This document shows positions 26,461-34,666 of a stretch of DNA of 64,000 bases, piece by piece. Within the stretch, counting starts at the first letter, position 1. Each line of letters begins with the position of its first letter. The notes beneath the pieces are model-generated. The model was not told the DNA's origin and ran no database searches. It was given only the letters and a program-made list of their open reading frames with translations. The DNA is from a virus (taxonomy: Duplodnaviria; Caudoviricetes), in IMG/VR virus record IMGVR_UViG_3300037422_000298; one strand, 5' to 3'. Made by a program: the position numbers and the translations under genes.

Positions 26461-27840
26461 TCACGTCTTCTCCGTGATCGTCTGCTCGCCGCGACGGACG
26501 TCCCAGTCGTCGGGGTCCATGTCGACGTGGAGCGCGATCTGATCGTGGGGGTGGTTCTTCTGGAAGATCTTGATCATCCCGTGGACCTGTTTACGCAGCG
26601 TTGGATGGACCGTCTTGCCCGAACGCAGCTCGAAGAAGTAGAGCAGCGCCGGTAGTCCCATCATGACCTCGCAGGGCACGCGGAAGCCGAGCGCGCAGTA
26701 GTACTGCCGCGCGACTGGATCATCAGGCAGTGCACGGATGCGGGCCTTCTGAGCGTCGATCAGCGCGTCGGCCTCCTGCCACAGGTCACCTAGCTCGGTG
26801 ACGTACCAGCGCTCGAAGCCCCAATCGACGTTGAGTAGCGGCATGCGGATCACGCCGTTGCGGTGGCGTTGCAGGTCGCGGAACGAACCGAAGTCGAGCA
26901 GGAACTGGAAGCTGTACTGACCGAGGTCGGTCATGAAGTGCGGCAACACGCAGCCCTTCGGACGTGTGGCCAGTATCTCGGCGTAGCGCCGAAGGCCGAG
27001 GTTGCGCGCACCGACGAGCAGCTCGATGGGTCGGCCGTGCACCTGTGACACCATGATCTGATCGTGTGCGGGATCGAGCGTCGTCGAGTACGTGAACTCG
27101 CGTGCGACCTTCGCTTCCCACTGTGCGCGGGCGACGTTGACGGCCTCGTCCTTGTTGCTGACGCCGCTGACCATCGCCATGTGTCGCCCGAAGCCGCTCG
27201 ACGGATAGCGTGCATCGAGCAGCTCGGTCAGCGACCGTGCGATGCCGCTGATCTCACGCGCCGGATGAACGTTGAGGCCGATCAGGTGATCGACTGCTTG
27301 GCGCAGGTTTGTGTGCCACGACAGCTGCGTCGCGATACCGGCGGGTAGGAAGCCGCGCATGACGTCGAACGAACGTGCCTTGATCGCACGGTCGTACGTC
27401 TCTTGCTTCTCTCCGTCGCGCTTCGGGTAGCGCTGTCGAATGATCTCGCCGATGACGTCCTGCTTGCTCACGTAGAACGCCATCCATGCGTCGAGGATCG
27501 CTTTCGACGTGGGCGTCCCGAACGGATCGATGATCGGCTGCTTGCTCATGTCGATGTAGCGCGTGCTGGTTTCTTGCCCCGAGTAGAGCGGCCAGTCCTG
27601 CACCGCCTTGGCAGCCAGCAGGCTCACGTTCTCGATGAACATCGTCGTCGAGCCACAGTCGGCGATCGACTTGTGTCCGAATCCGACGTAGTAGTTCGAC
27701 ATGAACTTGCCCGAGCCGGACTGCTTGACCTTTTCGAGGTGCACTTCGACGCTCTCGGCCGAGCGCGAGTAGAGCGCCTGCAGCATAGCGATGTCTTCAG
27801 GGGTGAGATCGTCGACGACCAAGAGCTTCTGTTGCTTCAC
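26461..27840 (-). CDS. thyX: FAD-dependent thymidylate synthase (long/tandem ThyX type)
   Basis: GFGHKSIAD; QETSTRYID; FRDLQRHR; ELRS..VHP. Confidence 0.85.
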   Translation of the reverse strand: MKQQKLLVVDDLTPEDIAMLQALYSRSAESVEVHLEKVKQSGSGKFMSNYYVGFGHKSIADCGSTTMFIENVSLLAAKAVQDWPLYSGQETSTRYIDMSKQPIIDPFGTPTSKAILDAWMAFYVSKQDVIGEIIRQRYPKRDGEKQETYDRAIKARSFDVMRGFLPAGIATQLSWHTNLRQAVDHLIGLNVHPAREISGIARSLTELLDARYPSSGFGRHMAMVSGVSNKDEAVNVARAQWEAKVAREFTYSTTLDPAHDQIMVSQVHGRPIELLVGARNLGLRRYAEILATRPKGCVLPHFMTDLGQYSFQFLLDFGSFRDLQRHRNGVIRMPLLNVDWGFERWYVTELGDLWQEADALIDAQKARIRALPDDPVARQYYCALGFRVPCEVMMGLPALLYFFELRSGKTVHPTLRKQVHGMIKIFQKNHPHDQIALHVDMDPDDWDVRRGEQTITEKT

Positions 27841-28409
27841 GGTTGGTGTTCCTCAGGTTGCGTTTGTGGCGGGTTGTAGTAGGGCGCCGGGTATGGCAAT
27901 AGGCCATTTTTGTGGAAGTCGTTCTCAGGCAACTCGGCACGATAACGAAGATCCAAACGACGCAAGAGGCGGAACAACGTGGGCGCCTCGTCCTGAAGCG
28001 TCACCTCACGATCGAGAACGACGACCGTCAGCGTTCCTTCCCACTTGATGGCGGTCGCATCGTAGCGAACGTCGAACCGCGCGCCGTCTGGCAATCGATT
28101 TCGCTGTCGTTCAAGCTCACGGCGCGCCTCGCCGCGAGCCTTATCCGCGGCAATTTTGGCTGCTGCGCACGTTGCCGTGAAGTCCCACTCGACGCCGCTG
28201 AACTTCTTGAGGCGCTCAGCGCGATCGTTGCCGATGTCGAGCTTCCACTTGGCGTACTCGCCCGCGTGCTTGACGGGATCGAATTCGAACCAGACGAGGT
28301 GTCCAAACTCGGGCGGCGGCGTCCAGTTTTTGGACACGAAGCGGTACTCCATCAAACCCTTGACGTCGGCGAGCTTGGCCGTGCGTCCGGTCTTGCCAGT
28401 CGCAGCCAT
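27837..28409 (-). CDS. Hypothetical protein
   Basis: ATG 28409 overlaps the dUTPase stop. Confidence 0.55.
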   Translation of the reverse strand: MAATGKTGRTAKLADVKGLMEYRFVSKNWTPPPEFGHLVWFEFDPVKHAGEYAKWKLDIGNDRAERLKKFSGVEWDFTATCAAAKIAADKARGEARRELERQRNRLPDGARFDVRYDATAIKWEGTLTVVVLDREVTLQDEAPTLFRLLRRLDLRYRAELPENDFHKNGLLPYPAPYYNPPQTQPEEHQP

Positions 28410-28873
28410 CAGCTCTTCCCCGTCGAGCCGAAGCCGTGTGGCCCGCGCTCCGTCGTCGGTAGCTCGTGCACGATCTCGATGCCCGTGTACACGACTGGCG
28501 CGATCACGAGCTGCGCGATGCGCTCGCCGTGCTTGACCGTGTACGAACGCGAGCCCGATGGACTGTGGTTGATGACGATGATGCCCAGCTCGCCAACGTA
28601 GTCTTCGTCGATCACGCCCGGCGAATTCAACACCGTGAGGCCGTGGTGCCGTGCCAGCCCGCTTCGCGGGCAGCACAAGCCCACGTGGCCTTCCGGGATG
28701 ACGACTGCGATCCCCGTCGGGATCACCGTTCGCGAGTTGCTGGGGATGTCGAGCGTCAGCGTCAGATCCGTGCCGTCGCCGAGGCACGCGTACAGATCGA
28801 CACCGGCTGAACGCGCGGTCGCTCGCGTCGGCGCCTTGGCACCTGCGCGCAAGAGCTTCACTCGTAGAGTCAT
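28409..28873 (-). CDS. dut: Trimeric dUTPase
   Basis: SAGVDL; PRSGLA; NSPGVIDEDYVGE; RIAQLV; RGPHGFGSTG. Confidence 0.95.
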   Translation of the reverse strand: MTLRVKLLRAGAKAPTRATARSAGVDLYACLGDGTDLTLTLDIPSNSRTVIPTGIAVVIPEGHVGLCCPRSGLARHHGLTVLNSPGVIDEDYVGELGIIVINHSPSGSRSYTVKHGERIAQLVIAPVVYTGIEIVHELPTTERGPHGFGSTGKS

Positions 28874-29130
28874 TTGCGCTTCACCTTCCGGCACTGACAG
28901 TTCCACATCGACTCCCGGCAGTTGGGGCAAGTGTGGTAGCAGAAGATGAGCGATCGATCGCCTTTCTCCAGTGCGGTCAGAACCTTGATGTAGTCGGGGT
29001 GTTGATCGTCAATGCAATGCAGCTTCTGACAAGGCGCCACGCAGGTGGTTTCCAACACCTCGGTGGCGCCATTCCAGTCCGGGGAATCCTCGGCGATGAC
29101 CGAGTACCCTGCGTACTCTCGACGTTCCAT
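28870..29130 (-). CDS. Cys-rich hypothetical protein
   Basis: ORF track. Confidence 0.5.
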   Translation of the reverse strand: MERREYAGYSVIAEDSPDWNGATEVLETTCVAPCQKLHCIDDQHPDYIKVLTALEKGDRSLIFCYHTCPNCRESMWNCQCRKVKRK

Positions 29131-29187
29131 TGACTCTCTCCTTGCCCGCACGCTTTCGCGTCCCTACGCGGGCGATCTAACTAGTAA

Positions 29188-29394
29188 CTACTTGGTGAGC
29201 AGCTCGGCTCCCGTGAGCTTGATGGGTCCGCCGCTCAGCTCGGTGATCTTGGTTGCGACGGCGATCTGTTGCTTGCGCAAGTTGTTCGCGAGATCGAGGT
29301 CGCCATGGCTCGCAGCGAGCGCGAACGCGTGATGGAGCGCCTTCGATGCAGCCGACAACTCGCGGTTGATTTGTGCTTTCTGTGCAGTGTTCAT
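29188..29394 (-). CDS. Hypothetical protein
   Basis: ORF with AGGAG SD. Confidence 0.55.
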   Translation of the reverse strand: MNTAQKAQINRELSAASKALHHAFALAASHGDLDLANNLRKQQIAVATKITELSGGPIKLTGAELLTK

Positions 29395-29403
29395 GATGAT
29401 CTC

Positions 29404-29658
29404 CTAACTACGCGGCGGCCACGACCAGCCGGGAACAGTTGGGTTGGACGGATTGAACGGCCGAACGAAGCCTTGGTTCGACGCGAACGGATTATCGCGA
29501 AGGTCTTCCGGCTCGAAGAACACGAACAGGTTGACGACATCGTCGCTTGCGCCAATCGACGTCACCATCGCCGGTCGTGAGCGCTGCTCGTGCACGCCTT
29601 CGGGCGCGTTGTAGACAGTGAAGTGGTACAGCACGATGCGACACGGTGTCGGGTTCAC
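29404..29658 (-). CDS. Phage hypothetical protein
   Basis: P..RIVLY..RPAMVT..VNLFVF..WSWPPR pattern. Confidence 0.65.
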   Translation of the reverse strand: MNPTPCRIVLYHFTVYNAPEGVHEQRSRPAMVTSIGASDDVVNLFVFFEPEDLRDNPFASNQGFVRPFNPSNPTVPGWSWPPRS

Positions 29659-29981
29659 GGCTTGACGCTCCAGTCCGTCGGCTTCACGGCGTCACGCAAC
29701 GCGTAGTAGTTATCGATGTACTCGGCGATGATCATGCCGTGGCAAAGCAGAGGGCTACACCAACACCCTAACTTCAGACCGCGTAACGCCAGTACCTTGC
29801 GACGGAACTCGGCGTCTTCGTCGACGCGCTTGTAGAAGTACGTTCGATATTTCGCGAGCACCTCGGCGCGTCCGCCGTCCTTGCCGAGATAGAACGGGTT
29901 CCCGAACGGCGACGAACGATCGATCGCGACGTCGTACGTCGACATCCGCATGTTGACGACCGTGGTCTCGACGATCGCCAC
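29655..29981 (-). CDS. DUF4326-like protein
   Basis: YDVAIDRSSPFGNPF..LRGLKLGCWCSPLLCHG. Confidence 0.8.
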   Translation of the reverse strand: MAIVETTVVNMRMSTYDVAIDRSSPFGNPFYLGKDGGRAEVLAKYRTYFYKRVDEDAEFRRKVLALRGLKLGCWCSPLLCHGMIIAEYIDNYYALRDAVKPTDWSVKP

Positions 29982-29983
29982 GC

Positions 29984-30172
29984 CTACTTCGATTCTGCCA
30001 GCTCGTCTTCCCGCGCAACGCAGTAGGCGACCTGACCGTTGATGTCGAGCGTGAGCATCGACCACGAGTGTTTGCTGGTTTCCCCGTAGTGCACCGGACC
30101 GATCCTGCGGATCTTGGCGTCGCCCGCCTTCGTCGCGATGACGTCGTCTACTTTGAGCGCCTTCAGCATCAC
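29984..30172 (-). CDS. Hypothetical protein
   Basis: ORF track. Confidence 0.45.
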   Translation of the reverse strand: MMLKALKVDDVIATKAGDAKIRRIGPVHYGETSKHSWSMLTLDINGQVAYCVAREDELAESK

Positions 30173-30438
30173 GCGCTCCGTTTATCTTCGTCGCGCGACG
30201 TGCGCCATGCTTCGTAGAGTCGTTTGGGATCGCCGCCTGGGCCGACGACGCCGACGTAGTTCTCGGCACGCGTTACATCGCAGACATCGCTACCGAGCGC
30301 ACAGACTGGATGAACGACAGGTTCGCCGATCGTCGTCATCAGCACCCAGCACGCAATCGGCTCCGTCGAGAAACCGTTGCCGTCGACAGCTTCGAACACC
30401 GCTAGCCAGCCTGGCTGGCACGTTACCAAGTCGCTCAT
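30169..30438 (-). CDS. Hypothetical protein
   Basis: ORF track; resembles 15904-16305. Confidence 0.55.
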   Translation of the reverse strand: MSDLVTCQPGWLAVFEAVDGNGFSTEPIACWVLMTTIGEPVVHPVCALGSDVCDVTRAENYVGVVGPGGDPKRLYEAWRTSRDEDKRSA

Positions 30439-30467
30439 GAAGTTTTGCCCCTAGCTCTGCAAGAAAG

Positions 30468-32135
30468 TTACGCGCGTCGGAAGGTGTACATCGTGACGCC
30501 ACCCGTTCCCGTTCGACGGGAGATCTCGAAGTGTTCGCGCAACGCGGCGCTCGCTTCGCGAAGGCGCGAGGAAAGCGCCTTGGGTGACTTGAAGAACGTC
30601 GTGCTACCGCCTGCACGCGCGATGTTTGACAGCTCGCGATGCAGATCGGCGACACGGACTTCGCGACCCTGATTCGACTCGGTGTTGAGCCAACGATCGA
30701 TCAGATCGATCAGAGGATCGCCTTCGATCACGAGCACGTTGCGCTCGTGCTGCATGCATTCGAGCATCTCGTCGATCGCTTCAGGCGACCAATTGCCTAC
30801 CGGGCCACCCGGCCTGGCGAGCACGCGACCGATGATGTGTGCGATGTGCGCGAAGTCGGCCATGCGCGATTTCGTCGGGCGCGGTCGAGGATGCTTGCGC
30901 AGCTCGTTGACGATCTCGTTGAGCCACGAGAGCCACTCACCGAAGATCTCGTCGCGATCCGCCAAGGTCCGCTCGAACAACGTGTTCGCACCGATGTAGC
31001 CGTTGCGCTCCTCGCGACGTTCGAGGCGCAAGATCAAGCAGCGATCGGCCACCTGCGACTGACGAAACGTCTGCGGGTTGTTCGTCGTGATCGTCAGAAA
31101 GCTCTCGGGCTTGATCGTGTGCTCCGCGTCGTTCGTGAACAGCGCGCGGCGCGTCCAGCCGCCACCCGTGGCGTAGGTACAGAGGCAGTCGCGCAGCCAG
31201 TCGACCGGCTCGTTGATGTCGTCGAGAATCGCGATCGGCGAGCGCAGGATCTTCACGCCGAAGTCCTTGTCCTCCATCTTGGGGACCTGAATCGGCATGT
31301 GCTTGCCATGCAGCGCGAGGGCGATGCGCTGCATCGCGAGCGTCTTGCCCGACCCGCGATCACCTTCGATCAGCAGGATCGGTTTCGTTGGCATCAAGTC
31401 CGGGAACGCGATCGCGAAGATCCAGATCCCGAGGCACGTCTTTTGGATCTCGGGCGACATGCCGCCCTCCGACGCAGGGACGTACTGCAGGTCGTCGATC
31501 AGCGTCTTGAACAGCATCCGGTTGTTGCCGAGTAGCGGTTCACGCGGCGTCGAGCCGCGATCGTCGTCGAGAAACATCGAGGAGCCCGTGCCGTTCGGTA
31601 CCGCCGTCACGCCGACGGTGTCCGGGATAGCGCCCGTGATCTGGTAGCAGTAGCCGTCGTACGTCGAGATGTAGAGCGTCTGCTCGTGGCGATCCCAGTA
31701 CGAAAAACGACGGACGTCTCGTCGGAGTCCCTTCGACACGGCGCCGTTCTGCAGCATCGCGATCAGCGCTCGCGTGAGCGGCTCGCCATGGCTGAGGCCG
31801 TAGGTGTCGAACAGGTAGCCTGTGAACTCGCGGTTGGTGATTTCGACTTCGAGCAGTCGTGGCCCGCGTTGCAGGTTGTACTCGTAGAGGTAGGGGCGGC
31901 CGTTCTCGCCGACACGAAGCCACGCCTGTTTCATCGAGGTTTTCGAACTCTCGTACCCCCAGATGAAATTGTAGAGAATTCGCGACTTTTGGTCCTGGTT
32001 GAACGTCTTGTCGTACCGGATGTTCCACACCCGTCGCGCAACCCAGTTCGGATCCGGATCGCTGTTGGGACTGTTGGAAGTTGCCCCCGTCGACGACGGC
32101 ACGGAGGATCCTGGGAACGGGATGACGTTCGACAT
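30468..32135 (-). CDS. Primase-associated P-loop helicase/ATPase (SF3-like)
   Basis: Walker A GDRGSGKT; ILDD; RRALFTN; RMADF; C-terminal wHTH-like region. Confidence 0.8.
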   Translation of the reverse strand: MSNVIPFPGSSVPSSTGATSNSPNSDPDPNWVARRVWNIRYDKTFNQDQKSRILYNFIWGYESSKTSMKQAWLRVGENGRPYLYEYNLQRGPRLLEVEITNREFTGYLFDTYGLSHGEPLTRALIAMLQNGAVSKGLRRDVRRFSYWDRHEQTLYISTYDGYCYQITGAIPDTVGVTAVPNGTGSSMFLDDDRGSTPREPLLGNNRMLFKTLIDDLQYVPASEGGMSPEIQKTCLGIWIFAIAFPDLMPTKPILLIEGDRGSGKTLAMQRIALALHGKHMPIQVPKMEDKDFGVKILRSPIAILDDINEPVDWLRDCLCTYATGGGWTRRALFTNDAEHTIKPESFLTITTNNPQTFRQSQVADRCLILRLERREERNGYIGANTLFERTLADRDEIFGEWLSWLNEIVNELRKHPRPRPTKSRMADFAHIAHIIGRVLARPGGPVGNWSPEAIDEMLECMQHERNVLVIEGDPLIDLIDRWLNTESNQGREVRVADLHRELSNIARAGGSTTFFKSPKALSSRLREASAALREHFEISRRTGTGGVTMYTFRRA

Positions 32136-32195
32136 GATCCTCTAGAGGCTCGTGGCCCTGTGCGAGTTGTGAGCGTTCGCGATCGGCTTCATGTT

Positions 32196-32438
32196 CTATC
32201 CCGCCGCCGCCTGTCGACGCTTGCGTTGCGTCGCCTCCACCTCGAACCGATCAAAGACGGTCCGTCCAAGAACACGACGGCCTGTCAAGAGGCCTTCGCT
32301 TCGCATCCGCCAGACGGTCGCGACCGAGACGGCAAGTGCAGTAGCCACCTGTTCGGCCGTCATCAGGTTGTCGATGTTCTTCGTGCGACTGATGTGTCTC
32401 ATGGGCTTCATCGCACGCTGAGCGTGTTCGCGCATCAC
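32196..32438 (-). CDS. HTH_17/excisionase-like DNA-binding protein
   Basis: LMTAEQVATALAVSVATVWRMRSEGLL. Confidence 0.8.
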   Translation of the reverse strand: MMREHAQRAMKPMRHISRTKNIDNLMTAEQVATALAVSVATVWRMRSEGLLTGRRVLGRTVFDRFEVEATQRKRRQAAAG

Positions 32439-32541
32439 TACACGTCCACATGTCGCTCGTCAAGTTCTTGCCGGATGCCGCGCCGGGATCTCTCGTCGAG
32501 AAATGAGGAGGATCGGGAGGATCGCGATCGAAGATCAGAGC

Positions 32542-32562
32542 TTATTCACAGGCTGTGGATTT
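32542..32562. promoter_or_regulatory. DnaA-box pair in the divergent control region
   Basis: TTATTCACA (matches TTATNCACA) then GGC then inverted TGTGGATTT. Confidence 0.4.
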
Positions 32563-32622
32563 GCGTGCTCGACGGGAGCGATCTCAACGCACGATCGCGT
32601 GTGACGTTGGCGCGTGATTGAC

Positions 32623-32651
32623 TTGACAGATTCGCAGCGGCCACCTAGCGT
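32623..32651 (+). promoter_or_regulatory. Sigma70-like promoter of the replication operon
   Basis: TTGACA-17 nt-TAGCGT. Confidence 0.6.
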
Positions 32652-32678
32652 GCCAGGTGCAGAGCTAGGGGTTTGACA

Positions 32679-34472
32679 ATGAGAGCACGGGCAGCGGCCC
32701 AGGCGGCGGAGAGCGCCGTCGTCCTGACCGCGCATCCAAAACGACGCGACTGGTACGCGATTCCGACGGCATGGGCCCCGGAAATCGCGGTTGCGCCGTC
32801 GATCGGCTACGACCCGAAGTTCGGGGCGCTTGCCCACCGATCGCATCTGCCGTTGCTCGCGAAGAACCACCCCGAGGTCGAAAATTTTTTGGCCGAGTGC
32901 GGATCGCGTGAGCGACTGGAAAGTAATCGCAGCAGCGATCGCGCCAATTTCGACGCGACAACGGAACCTAACGGTTGGAAATTACGTAACTATCAGCACG
33001 AGGGCCGTGAATTCATCCGCGCCCGGCGCGGCACGCTACTCGCGGACGCGATGCGTGTCGGCAAGACCGGTCAGGCGATCAGCTCACACGATCCCGAGCT
33101 GGGTCCGATGCTCGTCGTCGCACCGCTCGCGACACGTGAGGTCTGGCTGTCGTGGTTTCGTCGACGCTGGCCTGATGTTCGTCCAGTCGTTCTGAACGGT
33201 CGGACGATCAACAAGACCGATCCCAAGAAACCGGCCCGCCCTCGTCGAGACCGCGGTTTCGATCTTCTCGAAGGTGCGCGATTCGATCCGACGGTGCTCG
33301 CCGACGCGAAGTTGATCTTCTGCAACTACGACATCGTCGGTGCATGGAAGGATCTCAACGGTCGACGTATCGGCACGCTCGTGTTCGACGAGATCCATCT
33401 CGTCTCGGAGCGCGTCTCGCGCCGCGCGGAAGCCGTCACGTTTATCTCGAACATCGCCGAGCGCGTGATCGCCGCGACGGGAACGCCGATCTGGAATAAG
33501 CCGTCGGGGTTGTTCACGACGTTGTCGTGCATCGCGCCTGCGGCCTTCGGCAAGTTCTTCGACTACGCCGTGCGCTACTGCAACGCGCATCCCGGTTCAC
33601 ACGGCTACATCTACGACGGTTCCTCGAACGAAGAGGAATTCAAGCAACGCATGTCGGAAGTCATGATCCGACGTACGTGGCAGGACGTCTCCGGCGAGCT
33701 GCCCGCGATCGAACGCTCCGTCGAAGCAGTTGTCCTCAGCGAGACCCAGCAATTCGAGATCGAGAAGGAAGCCGAGCGTCTTCGCGATCACAAAAAGCGC
33801 GCGACCGCGATCGGTGTCATGGCGCGGTTTCGACGTCTGTTGGCGAGGCACAAGGTTCCTGTCGCCGTCGACGCCGCACGTCGGATTCTTCAGAGCGGCG
33901 AAAAGGTCGTCATCTGGTCGTGGCACCGCGACGTCGCGCTGACGATCGAAGAGAAGCTCGCCAAGGAAGGGTTTCCAGGCGTCGTCGTCTCCGGCTCGAC
34001 GCCAATGAGCACGCGCGAGGACATCTTTGATCATTGGCGGAGATACCCAGAACCCGCACCACTCTGCGTCACGCTGTCGGTTGGTCAGGTCGGCATCGAT
34101 CTCAGCGCTGCACGGCACACTGTATTCGCCGAGCTGGACTTCACACCGTCGGTGGTCGCGCAGGCAGAGATGCGCACGTTCTCGCCGCTGCGCCCGATGG
34201 CCGCGACGTACATCATCATCGACGACGACATCGATCGGAGCATCCTCGCCGCACTTCAAGACAAGTGCGACGTCGCCTTCCGTATGGGTGTTCCTGCGGC
34301 CGAGTCAACGATCGGTGTGCTCGCAGCTGCGTTCGCACGGATCACCGACGGCCCCGACGATTTCGAGGCGCTTGCCAAGGCGATCATGATGGATCACCCC
34401 GACCTCGATGGCGACGGCGACGATGACTACCACGGCGCGCTGTGGGACTACGACTGGGAGAAGGGCACGTGA
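32679..34472 (+). CDS. SNF2-family (HARP-like) helicase with divergent motifs
   Basis: LRNYQHEG; LADAMRVGKT; FDEIH; ATGTPIWN; GIDLSAA; QAEMR. Confidence 0.85.
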   Translation: MRARAAAQAAESAVVLTAHPKRRDWYAIPTAWAPEIAVAPSIGYDPKFGALAHRSHLPLLAKNHPEVENFLAECGSRERLESNRSSDRANFDATTEPNGWKLRNYQHEGREFIRARRGTLLADAMRVGKTGQAISSHDPELGPMLVVAPLATREVWLSWFRRRWPDVRPVVLNGRTINKTDPKKPARPRRDRGFDLLEGARFDPTVLADAKLIFCNYDIVGAWKDLNGRRIGTLVFDEIHLVSERVSRRAEAVTFISNIAERVIAATGTPIWNKPSGLFTTLSCIAPAAFGKFFDYAVRYCNAHPGSHGYIYDGSSNEEEFKQRMSEVMIRRTWQDVSGELPAIERSVEAVVLSETQQFEIEKEAERLRDHKKRATAIGVMARFRRLLARHKVPVAVDAARRILQSGEKVVIWSWHRDVALTIEEKLAKEGFPGVVVSGSTPMSTREDIFDHWRRYPEPAPLCVTLSVGQVGIDLSAARHTVFAELDFTPSVVAQAEMRTFSPLRPMAATYIIIDDDIDRSILAALQDKCDVAFRMGVPAAESTIGVLAAAFARITDGPDDFEALAKAIMMDHPDLDGDGDDDYHGALWDYDWEKGT

Positions 34473-34666
34473 ACAAAAAAGAAATCCATCGTGGTTGTGG
34501 CGGCGACGTCGAGACGATCTATCGCAAACAAGATCTCGACGGCGATGGTGTACGCCGCATGCACCCCGAGTACGAGTGCGATTGTTGTGGATGGATCGCG
34601 CCTAGCGAGGTGCAGATCGTCGACGGCGAATCGAAATACCCCAAGGCCAGGATGATCCATCCATGA
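34469..34666 (+). CDS. Small Zn-ribbon protein
   Basis: HRGCGG..CDCCG; coupled on both sides. Confidence 0.5.
   Translation: MNKKEIHRGCGGDVETIYRKQDLDGDGVRRMHPEYECDCCGWIAPSEVQIVDGESKYPKARMIHP

Noticed and set aside
32196-32438. Excisionase implying an integrated prophage
   Set aside because: No integrase, att site or host genes in the window; the HTH is equally consistent with a regulator
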